Translations under genes and position numbers: made by a program
Shown: positions 45,510 to 61,548 of the stretch, one piece after another
Position numbering within the stretch: the first letter of the stretch is position 1
Layout of the letters: each line of letters opens with the position of its first letter
DNA from: Octopus vulgaris
Lineage: Eukaryota
Direction: 5' to 3'
DNA length: 64,000 bases
Assembly: GCA_951406725.2 (NCBI GenBank)
Contig: OX597841.1
Location: 4,650,001-4,714,000, forward strand
The notes under the pieces: generated by a model
Told to the model about the DNA's origin: nothing
Database searches by the model: none
What the model saw: the letters and a program-made list of their open reading frames with translations, nothing else

Positions 45510-46520
45510 AGGCTGTGAACTGGCAGGATCGTTAGCACGCCGGAAAAAAGCGCTTAGCGGTATTTCGTTAAACTCCTGGTTCCGTGTTCAAATTCTGCCG
45601 AGATCGACTTTGCCTTTCATCCTTTCGGGGTCGATTAAATTAAGTTAAGTTAATTTTTTGGCACATAAAGCAAAAAGCAAGGCCATGTAGGGGGACATGG
45701 AGTTATGTACAGGGAGGGTGTTCATGCAAAGATATAATCGACTTAATCCGTTTGTCTGTCCTTGTTTGTCCCCTCTGTGTTTCGACCCTTGTGGGTAGTA
45801 AAGAAATAGGTATTTCGTCAAACTTCTGGTTCCGTGTTCAAATTCTGCTGAGATCGACTTTGCCTTTCATCCTTTCGGGGTCGATTAAATTAAGTTAAGT
45901 TAATTTTTTGGCACATAAAGCAAAAAGCAAGGCCATGTAGGGGGACATGGAGTTATGTACAGGGTGGTGTTCATCCAAAGATATAATCGACTTAATCCGT
46001 TTGTCTATCCTTGTTTGTCCACTCTGTGTTTAACCCCTTGTGGGTAGTAAAGAAATAGGTATTTCGTCAAACTTCTGGTTCCGTGTTCAAATTCTGCCGA
46101 GATCGACTTTGCCTTTCATCCTTTCGGGGTCGATTAAGTTAAGTTAAGTTAATTTTTTGGCACATAAAGCAAGAAGCAAGGCCATGTAGGGGGACATGGA
46201 GTTATGTACAGGGTGGTGTCTCATGCAAAGAGTTCAGGCCATAAGTACCAGTTACGCACTGGGGTCGATATAATCGTCTTAATCCCTTTGTTTGTCCTTG
46301 TTTGCCCACTCTGTGTTTAGCCCCTTGTGGGTAGTAAAGAAATAGGTATTTCGTCAAACTCCTGGTTCCTAGTTCAAATTCTGCCGAGGTCGAACTTTGC
46401 ATTTCATTCTTTCGGGGTTGATAAAATAAGCATCAGTTGAACACTAGGGGTCGATATAACTGAAGAACCCCCGCCCCTAAAATTGCTCCCCTTGTGTCAA
46501 AATTTGAAACCAATTTTAAG
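45510..46520 (+). repeat. SINE B array of 4 units, three carrying an antisense LINE-like 3' end insert
   Basis: Unit starts 45560, 45810, 46059, 46346; insert ends in (AACTT)n on the minus strand. Confidence 0.85.
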
Positions 46521-47175
46521 ATTTGTAAAGGCTGCGCGCTGGCAGGATCGTTAGCACGCTGGGGGGAATGCTTTACTCTTTTACTTGTTTCAATCATTTG
46601 ACTGCGGCCATGCTGGAGCACCGCCTTTAATCGAGCAACTCGGCCTCGGACTTATTCTTTTGTAAGCCCAGTACTTATTCTATCGGTCTCTTTTGCGGAA
46701 CCGCTAAGTGACGGGGACGTAAACACCCCAGCATCGGATGTCACGCAATGCTAGAGAGACAAACACAGACACACAAACACACACACGCATACATACATAC
46801 ATATATATTTATATACATACATATATATATATGACAGGCTTCTTTCAGTTTCCGTCTACCAAATCCACTCACAAGGCATTTGTCGGCCCGAGGCTTTAGT
46901 AGAAGACACTTACCCAAGGTGCCACGCAGTGGGCCTGAACCCGGAACCATGTGGTTGGTTAGCAAGCTACTTAACACACAACCACTCCTGCGCCTATATG
47001 TATATATATATATATATATATATACATACGAGTATATATATATGCATGTATGTATACACATACATATATATATATATATACATACGCAGACACATACACA
47101 CACATAAATATATAATTAATAAAAAAAAAACAGAGAAGAAAGAAAAGAAAACACAACGCGAGGACGTGGTACATG

Positions 47176-47209
<34 letters not shown>

Positions 47210-47717
47210 AATGCACCCACACTCCACACACACGCACATATACATATATAAACACACACACACACATACACACATACATACGCATAATCACAATCTCGTT
47301 TCGAATTTCATCTAAAAACCTACATTATGCAAAAAGCCTTTGTTTTTTGTTGGTTCATATATATTTTTTTTTGCTTTTTTTTCGTTTTTTTGTGTTTTTT
47401 TGTTGTTTTTTTTTTCAAAATAAGATGTTTATTTGAAGCGCACGATTTTTGGGGTGGGGGTTAGCTGCGGGGTGAAGGGACTTGGCTGACCCCAGGGCAA
47501 ACTTCCAAAAAGGTGAAGCACAACATAACACAACTCGCCTTCGGGGTGGACTGACGATCGCTGATTGGAATGAATCGAGATCACTTCTTACACGATAAGC
47601 AGTGATAAACACCCGACGAAGACTGTAGTCTGCTGTTGTAGTTGTTGTTGTTGTAGTGGTGGAAGTGGTGGTGGTGGTGGTGGTTGCTGCTGTTGCTGTT
47701 GTTGTTCTTGTTTTAGT

Positions 47718-49082
<1,365 letters not shown>

Positions 49083-49619
49083 CAAGCGCATTTCGTTACA
49101 ATGCAACGACCATACGCTATCCGTCTTTCTCAGTCACATTCACACACACACACACTCAGACAGACATTTCATTCGTACACATACGCGAGAAATATAGAAG
49201 AAATGTGTTAATGTTGATAAGTAAGCTGTGCTAAAACTGTACGTTAATCGATAAAATACGTACTTGAATGAAGTCGGTACTGAGGTCAGCATGATCGATG
49301 CGAAACCCTAAAGGCGATGTCCTTCCAGAATGTACAAAAATTATGTGTGTGTGCGTAAATTCTAAATATCATAAATATTTCAAAGGGAATATTCTGGGGA
49401 GATTCTGTTCATTTTGATATTAAAACGATTATCATTTCTGCTACAAAACGTAAATTGCTTCATGCTAGGAGCTGCAATAGTTAGCTATATTAACGTAACA
49501 CGTAATTTCTATGTGCATGACGTAAATATGTATACATGGATGTATAAATGGATGGATGGATGGATGGATGGATGGATGGACAGATGGATAGATGTGTCTG
49601 TGTGTGTGTATAATTGCAG

Positions 49620-49705
49620 AAATTGGAGTCAAGAAGGAGTACGGTTGGACATTTATCGGTAATAAATAAGTGTCCAACCGCACTCCTCCTTCTTGACTCC
49701 AATTT
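49620..49705. other. Isolated ~86-nt near-perfect hairpin
   Basis: aaattggagtcaagaaggagtacggttggaca...tgtccaaccgcactcc(tcc)ttcttgactccaattt. Confidence 0.8.
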
Positions 49706-49827
49706 TTTCAATTTACATTCACACGCGACGAATGACCAAACCTAAACTCGGAAGCATATAATAACACTACCGATAGTATTGGGTAATTCTGAAGGTGGAC
49801 GTGCTTTATTATGCGCTCTGTATAACA

Positions 49828-49921
<94 letters not shown>

Positions 49922-49928
49922 TATACAA

Positions 49929-50134
49929 AGTTAATCCAAACAAGAAAGCACAAAAAAAACACAACAACGCGAGGACGTGGAGCAAATATAGTATTATTGG
50001 AAGCTCAGGAAAGAAGGAAAGAAGTAGGGTTTAACGTTTCGAGCGGAGCTCTTCGTCGGAAACATAGAAGGAAAGATCCAGAGAAGCGAAGACGGAGGGA
50101 AAAAAATCGCCAACGGTACACACGCGGTCACATT

Positions 50135-50136
<2 letters not shown>
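49929..50136 (-). mobile_element. Dispersed ~200-bp Penelope-like terminal repeat with minimal hammerhead-like motif (50029-50063)
   Basis: Minus strand gttt-CCGACGA-a-gagc tcc gctc-GAA-ACGT-T-aaac. Other copies: 8955-9050 (-, partial), 47140-47180 (-, partial), 58735-58935 (+, CTGAAGA core at 58803), 58967-59172 (-). Confidence 0.65.
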
Positions 50137-50226
<90 letters not shown>

Positions 50227-50227
50227 A

Positions 50228-50259
<32 letters not shown>

Positions 50260-50298
50260 TGAATATATATATATATATTGAATATATATATATATATA

Positions 50299-50365
<67 letters not shown>

Positions 50366-50574
50366 CAGTCGACAACTGAGGAGGGGTGAGATTTCTTTTC
50401 GTATTTATGAATGCGACGGGCTTCTTTCAATTTCCGTCCACCAAATCTACAGACAAAACTTTGGTCGACCCGAGGCTACAGTAGAAGACATTTGCCCAAG
50501 GTACCACGCAATAGGTCTGAACCCTGAACCATGTGATTGGGAAGGAATCGTCTTACCACACACTCACTCCTACG

Positions 50575-50614
<40 letters not shown>

Positions 50615-50905
50615 CCGTAATAATGAAGGGTGAAATTAATTAATTTGGAATAATTATCAATTACACCAAGTAGTCTTCGGCATGTAAAAGCCTCATTCGA
50701 GGAAAATTTAAGTAATACTAAGCAATAAAGGGTTTAGCAACGAATTGCCTTACCACAGACCGAATTTAGAAATAGCAGTCAAAGAGTTATAGCTATTTCT
50801 TCTACTAAAAAGGAGATCTCAGTAAAAAACACAGCAATTGGAAGGCAGACACAAACAGGTAAGAGAGAATGAATTGACGGCAATCTATCATACAATTTTA
50901 AGTTA

Positions 50906-50992
50906 TCTACGGACGCACGTTTCGAAATCAAGTTTTTAGTTAAATATTAAATAATTCTACGTTACCCAAACTTCTTTTCTCTTCAGCGTAGA
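50906..50992 (-). ncRNA. Type I hammerhead ribozyme with long stem II
   Basis: Minus strand: tctacg-CTGAAGA-gaaa..aagttt...aaactt..tttc-GAA-ACGTGCGT-C-cgtaga: perfect 6-bp stem I, GUC site, stem III self-complementary with G-U pairs. Confidence 0.85.
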
Positions 50993-51102
50993 ATACTATA
51001 ATCATAAGTGATTATATATTGAATTTTGAGATACTAGAAGGCACCAACTCAACTCATTATCAGAGCGAGCTAGAATCCGCAACTAGTATCACCAAACTCA
51101 AA

Positions 51103-51143
<41 letters not shown>

Positions 51144-51148
51144 GTATG

Positions 51149-51196
<48 letters not shown>

Positions 51197-51666
51197 CGCA
51201 GGAGTGGCTGTGTGGTAAGTAGCTTGCTAACCAACCATATGGTTCCGGGTTCAGTCCCACTGCGTGGCATCTTGGGCAAGTGTCTCTGCCATAGCCCCGG
51301 GCCGACCAATGCCTTGTGAGTGGATTTGGTAGACGGAAACTGAAAGAAGCCTGTCGTATATATGTATATACATATGTATGTATGTGTGTGTGTATGTGTT
51401 TGTGTGGCTGTGTTTGTGCCCCTAGCATTGCTTGACAACCGATGCTGGTGTGTTTACGTTCCCGTCAACTAGCGGTTCGGCAAAAGAGACCGATAGAATA
51501 AGTACTGGACTTACAAAGAATAAGTCCCGGGGTCGATTTGCTCGACTAAAAGTGGTGTTCCAGCATGGCCACAGTCAAATGACTGAAACAAGTAAAAAAA
51601 AATATATACCGGAGTAAACACATAAATGTGAAACAAGGTGGAAAAAAAGAGTACTCAAATACCAGT

Positions 51667-51711
<45 letters not shown>

Positions 51712-52141
51712 ACATACACACATGTACTCGCACACACACACACACACGCACGCGCACACACACACACGCACGCATACACACACCATTTATACATAAGACA
51801 CTTGTTCACCTACCGCCAGATAAGAACACATACCTAAACACTTTTTATATATTTAGTGACTCCGCACTCCCTCTCTCTGCCTCTCCCTCTCTCTCCGTCT
51901 CTCCCTCCTCTCTCTACCATGCTCACCCCCACCAGCACCCTGTTCACCTCCATCACATGTGACACCTTTGTTCATTTGTTTACCTGTTACACTACCAAGG
52001 AATCAACCAATTTAGTCTCTAATATATTTTTGTTTCTTTGACAACATCAAAGACTATTGCCGCCTTAATGTATGTTGTTTGCTTGTTTTTGTGTGTGTGT
52101 GTGTATGTACATATATATATATATATATATACAGATATATA

Positions 52142-52193
<52 letters not shown>

Positions 52194-52336
52194 TATATAG
52201 ATATATATACACACACACACACATATATATAGATATATATATACACACACATATATATATGTGGTGGGGTGTATATAACTTTAACTTTGATAGGTTTCGG
52301 TCAGTATAGACCCAGGCCATGTCTAACTTAATAGCA

Positions 52337-52401
<65 letters not shown>

Positions 52402-53593
52402 AAACTTACTTGGAAGAGAAAGAAAACATATATATATATACGAGCAAAACGACGGTGCTGAGTTGTCAAACGTTTAAACCACTCACAAGGCTATCTACAT
52501 AGGAGACACTTGCCGGAGCTACCACGCCCCCGTTTATGTTTAATTGTCAAACCCAGTTCACCGAGGACTGCATTATCAAAGGTGTCATTAACTATTATTT
52601 TTTTTTTATTTTATTTGTTTGTTTTGGGTTTACTCTCTTTCTCTTTTATTCTTTTACTTGTTTCAGTCATTTGACTGCGGCCATGCTGGAGCACCGCTTT
52701 AACTCGAGCAACTCGACCCCGGGACTTATTCTTTTGTAAGCCCAGTACTTATTCTATCGGTCTCTTTTTGCCGAACCGCTAAGTGACGGGGACATAAACA
52801 CACCAGCATCGGTTGTCAATAAATGCTAGGGGAACACAGTCCCACTGCGTGGCATCTTGGGCAAGTGTCTTCCGCTATAGCCTCGGGCCGACCAAAGCCT
52901 TGTGAGTGGATTTGGTAGCTGAAACTGAACGAAGCCTGTCGTATATATGTATATATGTGTTTGTATATGTTTGTGTGTCTGTGTTTGTCCCACTAGCATT
53001 GCTTGACAACCGATCCTGGTGTGTTTACGTCCCCATCACTTAGCGGTTCGGCAAAGGAGACCGATAGAATAAGTACTGGGCTTACAAAGAATAAGTCCCC
53101 GGCGTCGATTTGCTCGACTAAAGGCGGTGCTCCAGCATGGCCGCAGTCAAATGACTGAAACAAGTAAAAGAGTATACATATATACGACAGGCTTCTTTTC
53201 AGTTTCCGTCTACCAAATCCACTCACAAGGCTTTGGTCGGCACTGAGGCTATAGTAGAAGACACCTGCCCAAGGTGCCACGCAGTGGGACTGAACCCGGA
53301 ACTATGTGGTTGATAAACGAGCTACTTACCACACAGCCACTCCTGTGCCTATTTTATTTTATTTTATTTTTAACAGTGAACGAATTTTTGCAGCGATTCG
53401 TTGCTATTTGGAAAATATCAATCAAAAGATGTCGTGAATCTGTTGTGACTCATTGCAGACGACTGACGGCGATCTGTTAATGACGTGTGTATTCGCGGAT
53501 GTTCCCTCGTCATCGCGCTCTTGCGCGCTCTTCTGTACAGGAACACACACGTACGCACGCAAACACGCGCGTAACCACACACAGCAACAAACA

Positions 53594-53688
<95 letters not shown>

Positions 53689-54164
53689 GCAAACACACAC
53701 ACAAGTACACATCCACCTGCATGAACGAACATAAATGAACACCCAGAGAACCGCGAATGTAAGCGCACGTACACCCGCGTGTCTATGTACATGTGTACGT
53801 GTGTGTGCGTGTGTGTGTGTCTGCGTGTGTGTGTGTGTGTGATTGTGTGTGTGCGTGTGTGTGTATGTGTCTGTGTGTTTGCGTGTGTGTGTGTGATTGT
53901 GTGTGTGCATGTGCGTGTGTGTGTGTGTGTTTGCGTGTGTAATTGTGTGTGTGTGTGTGTGCGTGTGTGTGTACGTGTTTGTGTGTGATTGTGTGTGTGT
54001 GTTTGCGTATGTGTATGTGCGTGTGTGTGTGTGTGTTTGCGTGTGTAAATGTGTGTGTTTGCGTGTGTAAATTTGTGTGTGCGTGTGTGTGTGTGTTTGC
54101 GTGTCTGTATGTGTATGTGCGTGTGTGTGTGTGTGTGTTTGCGTGTGTAAATGTGTGTGTGTGT

Positions 54165-54201
<37 letters not shown>

Positions 54202-54958
54202 AAAAAAAGAGACAGGCAGGCAGGTAGACAGAGCGAACGAAAGAGAGAGAAAGAGAAAGAGAGAGACTGAGCGAGATGGAGACAGGTAGGCTGGCGACTC
54301 GAGCAAAGCATTCTCACTTCCGTCCTATTGTCAATCCACCCTGTAACACGATCAGGCCGGGTGGATAGCTACCCGGTGAGAAATACAGGGTATATGACAC
54401 ACTACCGAGTAACAGAGCCACCTATTTTTTACACCAATTTACCCCTTAACGTAACTATATTACTATGGACTTACGTTCCGCCACCGCTACCTCCACCCGC
54501 CACCGCCACCGCTACCTCCACCCGCCACCGCCACCTCCACTGACACCGCCGCTACAACTGTCAGCCTTGAGATCTTGTAGTACAAAGGGTATGCATGGCT
54601 GTGCGGTTGAGAAGATCGCTTTACAGCAACGTGCTCTCGGGTTCCATACAGTTCGGCGGTACTTTGGGTTAAGTGTCTTCTACAATAGCCCCGGGCCGAC
54701 CGAAGCCTAGGCCTTGTGAGAGGATTTGGTTGACGGAAACTGAAAGAAGTCCGTCGCCATGATAGATCGTTAGCTCCTACACGCATTTTTTTCTCTCCTT
54801 GTTTCTCTCCTTGTTTTTTTATGTGTATCTATCTGTCGAAGAGCGTAGGCTCGAAACGTAAAAGACTTTTTCTATTCCTGAGCGCTATACTAATACATTT
54901 GTTTGTTTGTACACCACTTGCCTTCGTCTTTCATTTATTTTCGTAAACTTTCTCTTTC

Positions 54959-54989
<31 letters not shown>

Positions 54990-55130
54990 TTCATTTCTCG
55001 TTGTGTTCTACGTTTTATTGTGGTGTCCTGTAGCCATGTATGCATGTATATATACATATAGATGTAGGTATGTACATATATGTATGTATGTGTGCATATG
55101 TTTATATTTATGTTATTATATAATTGTTAT

Positions 55131-55191
<61 letters not shown>

Positions 55192-55278
55192 CATTTTTTA
55201 CATATATATATATCATATCATTCAGATCATATCATTCAGATTATTAGCGCTTTCTCCCATTCTAGTGGGGTTTCAAAT

Positions 55279-55313
<35 letters not shown>

Positions 55314-55470
55314 AATATAGTAGGGAATATGTATGTATATTTAATGTTTATTTAATTTAGGGATTTTTAGAATATTTATTATAATATATTTGATTTTTTC
55401 TATATGATTTAATATAGATAATATCTTTCACTATCAATTGAGTTACTTAATAGAGGTTATTTCTCTTAAT

Positions 55471-55548
<78 letters not shown>

Positions 55549-55705
55549 GATAAGAAAGTTGGTTTGTGAAAGCACGTGGTTGAATATATAGAAAATATTA
55601 AAAAGTGAGAAAACTACAGAAGGCTTGTTTTAAAAGGTTGAAAAATATATATTTGAGTCAATATGCCTGAAGAATATTATAAATTTTTTTCTTACAATGA
55701 CATAA

Positions 55706-55771
<66 letters not shown>

Positions 55772-56325
55772 TCGACTGTGGAAAGAAAACTTCGGACGAC
55801 CCGTCCGTGTTTTTTCTTCTCCCACTTTTGTATCATGTCTGGTAAATCACCCTTACCCGTCTTGTTGCTTAACAACAACAACAACAGCAACAACAGCAGT
55901 AGCAGTAGCAGCAGTAGTAGCACCACCACCGCCACCGCCACCACCACCACCACCACAATGTATGGGAAGAGTAAGAGGAGAGAGAAAAAGAGGGTGGGTG
56001 CTATTATCTATTGAAATAATGCAGGTAGTTTATTTACTAAAAATAACTCCCTATATAATAGAATCATGATACGCAGACCGGTTGATCGAGTCGTTTGGAG
56101 CTTAGTAATGTATATATACCTACATACATACACTGACGCACGTGCATAAATCATATACACATAGATAGGTAGGAAGGAGCTTGCTTCCTAGCCACCAGGT
56201 TCCGGGTTAAGTCCCACTGCGTGGGACCTGTACTTATAGTCTGAGCAGAGTAACTACAAATTTCTCATGTATGTATGTATGTATGTATGTATGTATGTAT
56301 GCATGTATGTATGTGTGTATGTATG

Positions 56326-56359
<34 letters not shown>

Positions 56360-56606
56360 TGTATGTATTTTTGTATGTATGCATGTACGTATGTATGTAT
56401 GTATGTATGTATGCACGCATGTATGTATGCACGTATGTATGTATGTATGTATGTATGTATGTATGCATGCATGCATGCATGTATGTATATATGTATGTAT
56501 ATATGTACGTATGTATGTATATATGTATGTATATATGTATGTATTTATGTATGTATTTATGTATGTATGTATGTGTGTGTGTGTGTGTGTTTGTGTGTGT
56601 ATATGT

Positions 56607-57926
56607 TTGTGTGTCTGTGTTTGTCCACCGAACATCACTTGACAACCGATGCTGGTGTGTTTACGTCCTCGTAACTTAGCGGTTCGGCAAAAAGAGACCG
56701 ATATAATAAGTACTAGGCTTATAAAGATTAAGTCCTGGGGTCCGATATGTTCGACAAAAAGGCGATGCTCCAGCATGGCCACAGTCACATGACTGAAACA
56801 AATAAAAGAGTAAAAGAATAAGTATTCGAATATATTTCTTCGACGAAAACCCCTTCAGGCGGTGCCCCAGCATGGGCACAGTCCAATGACTGTAGCAAGT
56901 AAAAGGGAAAAGATAAAAGTGTTATTCACTCTGATTAATCTAAGCTCGCATCCATGTTAATCCCCCATGGAGCTGCAACGAAGAGTTTGTGTATTTTCTT
57001 TTATCTCTTGTTTGCTGGGAATATTCCTACATACATCAAATAATATGCCAACATATATACACACGTGTGTACTTTGGCAGAAACGTTAGCACGCCGGGCG
57101 AAATGCGTAGCTGTATTTCGTCTGCCGTTACGTTGTGAGTTCAAATTCCACCGAGGTCGACTTTGCCTTTCATCCTTTCGGGGTCGATAAATTAAGTACC
57201 AGTTACGCACTGGCGTCTATGTTGATGTTTTAATCCCTTTGTCTGTCCTTGTGTGTCTGTGTTTGTCCACCGAACATCACTTGACAACCGATGCTGGTGT
57301 GTTTACGTCTGTCCCCTCGTAACTTTTAGCTCCGGTTCGGCAAAAAGAGACCGATAGAATTCCCTAAGTTGGTCTTGCAACATGTATTACTAGGCTTATA
57401 AAGATTAAGTCCTGGGGTCCGATATGTTCGACAAAAAGGCGATGCTCCAGCATGGCCACAGTCACATGACTGAAACAAATAAAAGAGTAAAAGAATAAGT
57501 ATTCGAATATATTTCTTCGACGAAAACCCCTTCAGGCGGTGCCCCAGCATGGGCACAGTCCAATGACTGTAGCAAGTAAAGGGAAAAGATAAAAGTGTTA
57601 TTCACTCTGATTAATCTAAGCTCGCATCCATGTTAATCCCCCATGGAGCTGCAACGAAGAGTTTGTGTATTTTCTTTTATCTCTTGTTTGCTGGGAATAT
57701 TCCTACATACATCAAATAATATGCCAACATATATACACACGTGTGTACTTTGGCAGAAACGTTAGCACGCCGGGCGAAATGCGTAGCTGTATTTCGTCTG
57801 CCGTTACGTTCTGAGTTCAAATTCCACCGAGGTCGACTTTGCCTTTCATCCTTTCGGGGTCGATAAATTAAGTACCAGTTACGCACTGGCGTCTATGTAA
57901 TTGACTTAATCCCTTTGTCTGTCCTT
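56607..57926 (+). repeat. ~650-676-bp near-identical tandem duplication (possible assembly artefact)
   Basis: 56607-57250 is repeated at 57249-57926, including non-SINE sequence. Confidence 0.85.
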
Positions 57927-58676
57927 GTTTGTCCCCTCTATGTTTAGCCCCTTGTGGGTAGTAAAGAAATACGTATTTCGTCTGCCGTTACGTTCTGAGT
58001 TCAAATTCCGCCGAGGTCGACTTTGCCTTTCATCCTTTCGGGGTCGATAAATTAAGTACCAGTTACGCACTGCGGTCTATGTAATTGACTTAATCCCTTT
58101 GTCTGTCCCCTCTATGTTTAGCTCCTTGTGGGCAATAAAGAAATATATCTCTCGTGTGCTTTCCCTAAGTTGGTCTTGCAACATGTATATATATATTCAT
58201 ACGCGTACACACACACACACTCACACACACAAACACATACACACACATATGACACACATACATATACACATATATACTATATTATTTTCTACTCTCGGCA
58301 CAAGGCCCGAAAATTTTGGGGGAGTGGCGGGCCAGTCGATTAAGTCAACCCCAGTACGCAACTGATACTTAATTTATCGACCCCGAAAGGCAAAGTCTAC
58401 CTCGGCGGAATTTGAACCCAGAACGTAAAGATAGACGAAATACCTATTTCTTTACTACCCACAAGGGTTTAAACACAGAGGGGACAAACAAGGACAGACA
58501 AACGGATTAAGTCAATTACATCGACCCCAGTGCGTATCTGGTACTTAATTTATCGACCCCGAAAGGATGAAAGGCAAAGTCGACCTCGGCGGAATTTGAA
58601 CTCAGAACGCAACGGCAGACGAAATACGGCTACGCATTTCGCCCGGCGTGCTAACGTTTCTGCCAGTTCGCCGCCT
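57075..58676. mobile_element. SINE B copies: 57075-57250 (+), 57750-58145 (+, dimer), 58283-58676 (-, dimer)
   Basis: Sequence match with the same unit junction. Confidence 0.85.
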
Positions 58677-58934
58677 AACATATATATACTATATTATACG
58701 TACATCTATGCTCATGTGTTTGCATATCTATAATGTAACCACATGTGAATCGTTGGCAATTTTCTTCCTCCGTCTTCCCTTCTTTTGGACTTTCCTCCGT
58801 TTCTGAAGAAGAGCCTTGCTCGAAACATTAAACCATCTTTAGTTCCTTGCCTGAGCGTCTGCTAATACTTTACATATACCACTTCCATCCATTGCTGTTT
58901 ATTTTTTGTTTGTTCTTCTTCCTTTTTGGATTCA

Positions 58935-58969
<35 letters not shown>

Positions 58970-59246
58970 TTAATCCAAACATGAAAACACAAAGAGAAAA
59001 CACAACAACGCGAGGAGGACGTGGAACAAATATAGTATTATTGGACGCACAGGAAAGAAGGAATGAAGGAGGGCTTAACGCTTCGAGCGGAGCTCTTCGT
59101 CGGAAACATAGAAGGAAAGATCCAGAGAAGGGAAGACAGAGGGGAAAAAATCGCCAACGGTACACACGCGGTGTTTGTGGGTGTATAGACACAGACAGAC
59201 AGACAAACAGAGAGGTAGGTAGGTAGGTAGGTAGGTAGGTAGGTAA

Positions 59247-59346
<100 letters not shown>

Positions 59347-59561
59347 AATATGTAGGTATGGGTTCAGTATGGCTGAATAATTAAGACGTTTGTTTAACAA
59401 ATACGAGTTCGATCCTATTATGTGAAATATCAAGGGAACGTCTTGAGATGAAGACTACTTAAAAACCGGTCACATGGATTGTAAAGTACATCGTTGCAGA
59501 CACACACATACATATACATATATATTTGTGTTTATATATGCAAGCGTATATCTGTGACTAT

Positions 59562-59719
<158 letters not shown>

Positions 59720-59856
59720 ATACATATAGTTATATGCATTTGTCTATATATGTATATATGTAAAGAGGTACATGGCTGTGAAAAAATTTCCAGATGTCTG
59801 CTACGAATATGTGTGAGTTTGTGTGTGCAAGCACGTCTATCTGTGTGCGAGCTGTG

Positions 59857-59935
<79 letters not shown>

Positions 59936-59959
59936 CTGTTGTATATATATGTATATATG

Positions 59960-60028
<69 letters not shown>

Positions 60029-60072
60029 CATATATATGTATATATACATATATATATATAATACATATACAT

Positions 60073-60294
<222 letters not shown>

Positions 60295-60773
60295 TACACA
60301 CACACATACATACATATGTATATGACTTCAGATATCTACTCCCGTGCATTTGTGTTACATGCATTTCTAAGTCTATATGTGCGTTCCTCTCTCTCTCTCT
60401 TCCCCCTCTCTCTCCCTCCCTCCATCCCTCTCTCTCCTCTCTCTCTCCCTCTCTCTCTCTCACTCTCTCTCTCTGCCTCTCTCTCTCTCTGCCGCTCTGT
60501 CTGTCATTCTGTCTGTGTGTAGACCTAAGCGGAAAATACTATAAACATCTGGAATATTACGCTGTCATTCCTCCATTCAGGGCTTTATCTTAATCTGATA
60601 TCCTGTATTTGGGGTGTTTCCTCGTCCCTTTTGGGGATTGGTTTGTTGAGCAGGTTACTTACAAACACCCGGATTGCTTACTCTAAGTCTTTGTACGTAT
60701 GACTGTAACAGTCATGTATGCTTCTATATATACATACATGCATAAATACATACATGTGTACGTGTGTGTTTAG

Positions 60774-60813
<40 letters not shown>

Positions 60814-61064
60814 AGTTCTAGTCCTGTAGAAGCTCCTTCTATATAATAAATTATATATATATATATATATATGTATGTATATATATGTGTGTATATATAT
60901 ATAGGTGTGTGTACGAATGTGTAAGGCAGGATGTATGTCTATTGCTTCGTTTGTGCTGCGCATGTAGTGTGTATATGCGTATGTACGTGTGTGTGCATAT
61001 AAAAGTGTTGTGTATGAATACACATATATATATATTTATATGTATATATATAGACACACACACA

Positions 61065-61171
<107 letters not shown>

Positions 61172-61419
61172 AATGTGTGTACATGTATGTATATATATAT
61201 AATAAATATAGTTTTGATATATACATTTTTGTGCGTATGTATGTGTAAATATCTGCGTGTGGCATATCGAATGGAAGAAGTCTACGACGTTGTGTGTCGA
61301 AGTGTGATTTAGTTAACATATTTTAATAAGCACTCATCTATCTTTCATACATATATATACATATAGATAGATAGATAGATATGTATTTATGTATGTATGT
61401 ATCTATCTATCTATTTATA

Positions 61420-61548
<129 letters not shown>

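Noticed and set aside
52275-52340. ggtc/gacc-GAAA hairpin repeat (also ~29700-29755) as a ribozyme
   Set aside because: Dispersed repeat, but no CUGANGA-like core or stem I.
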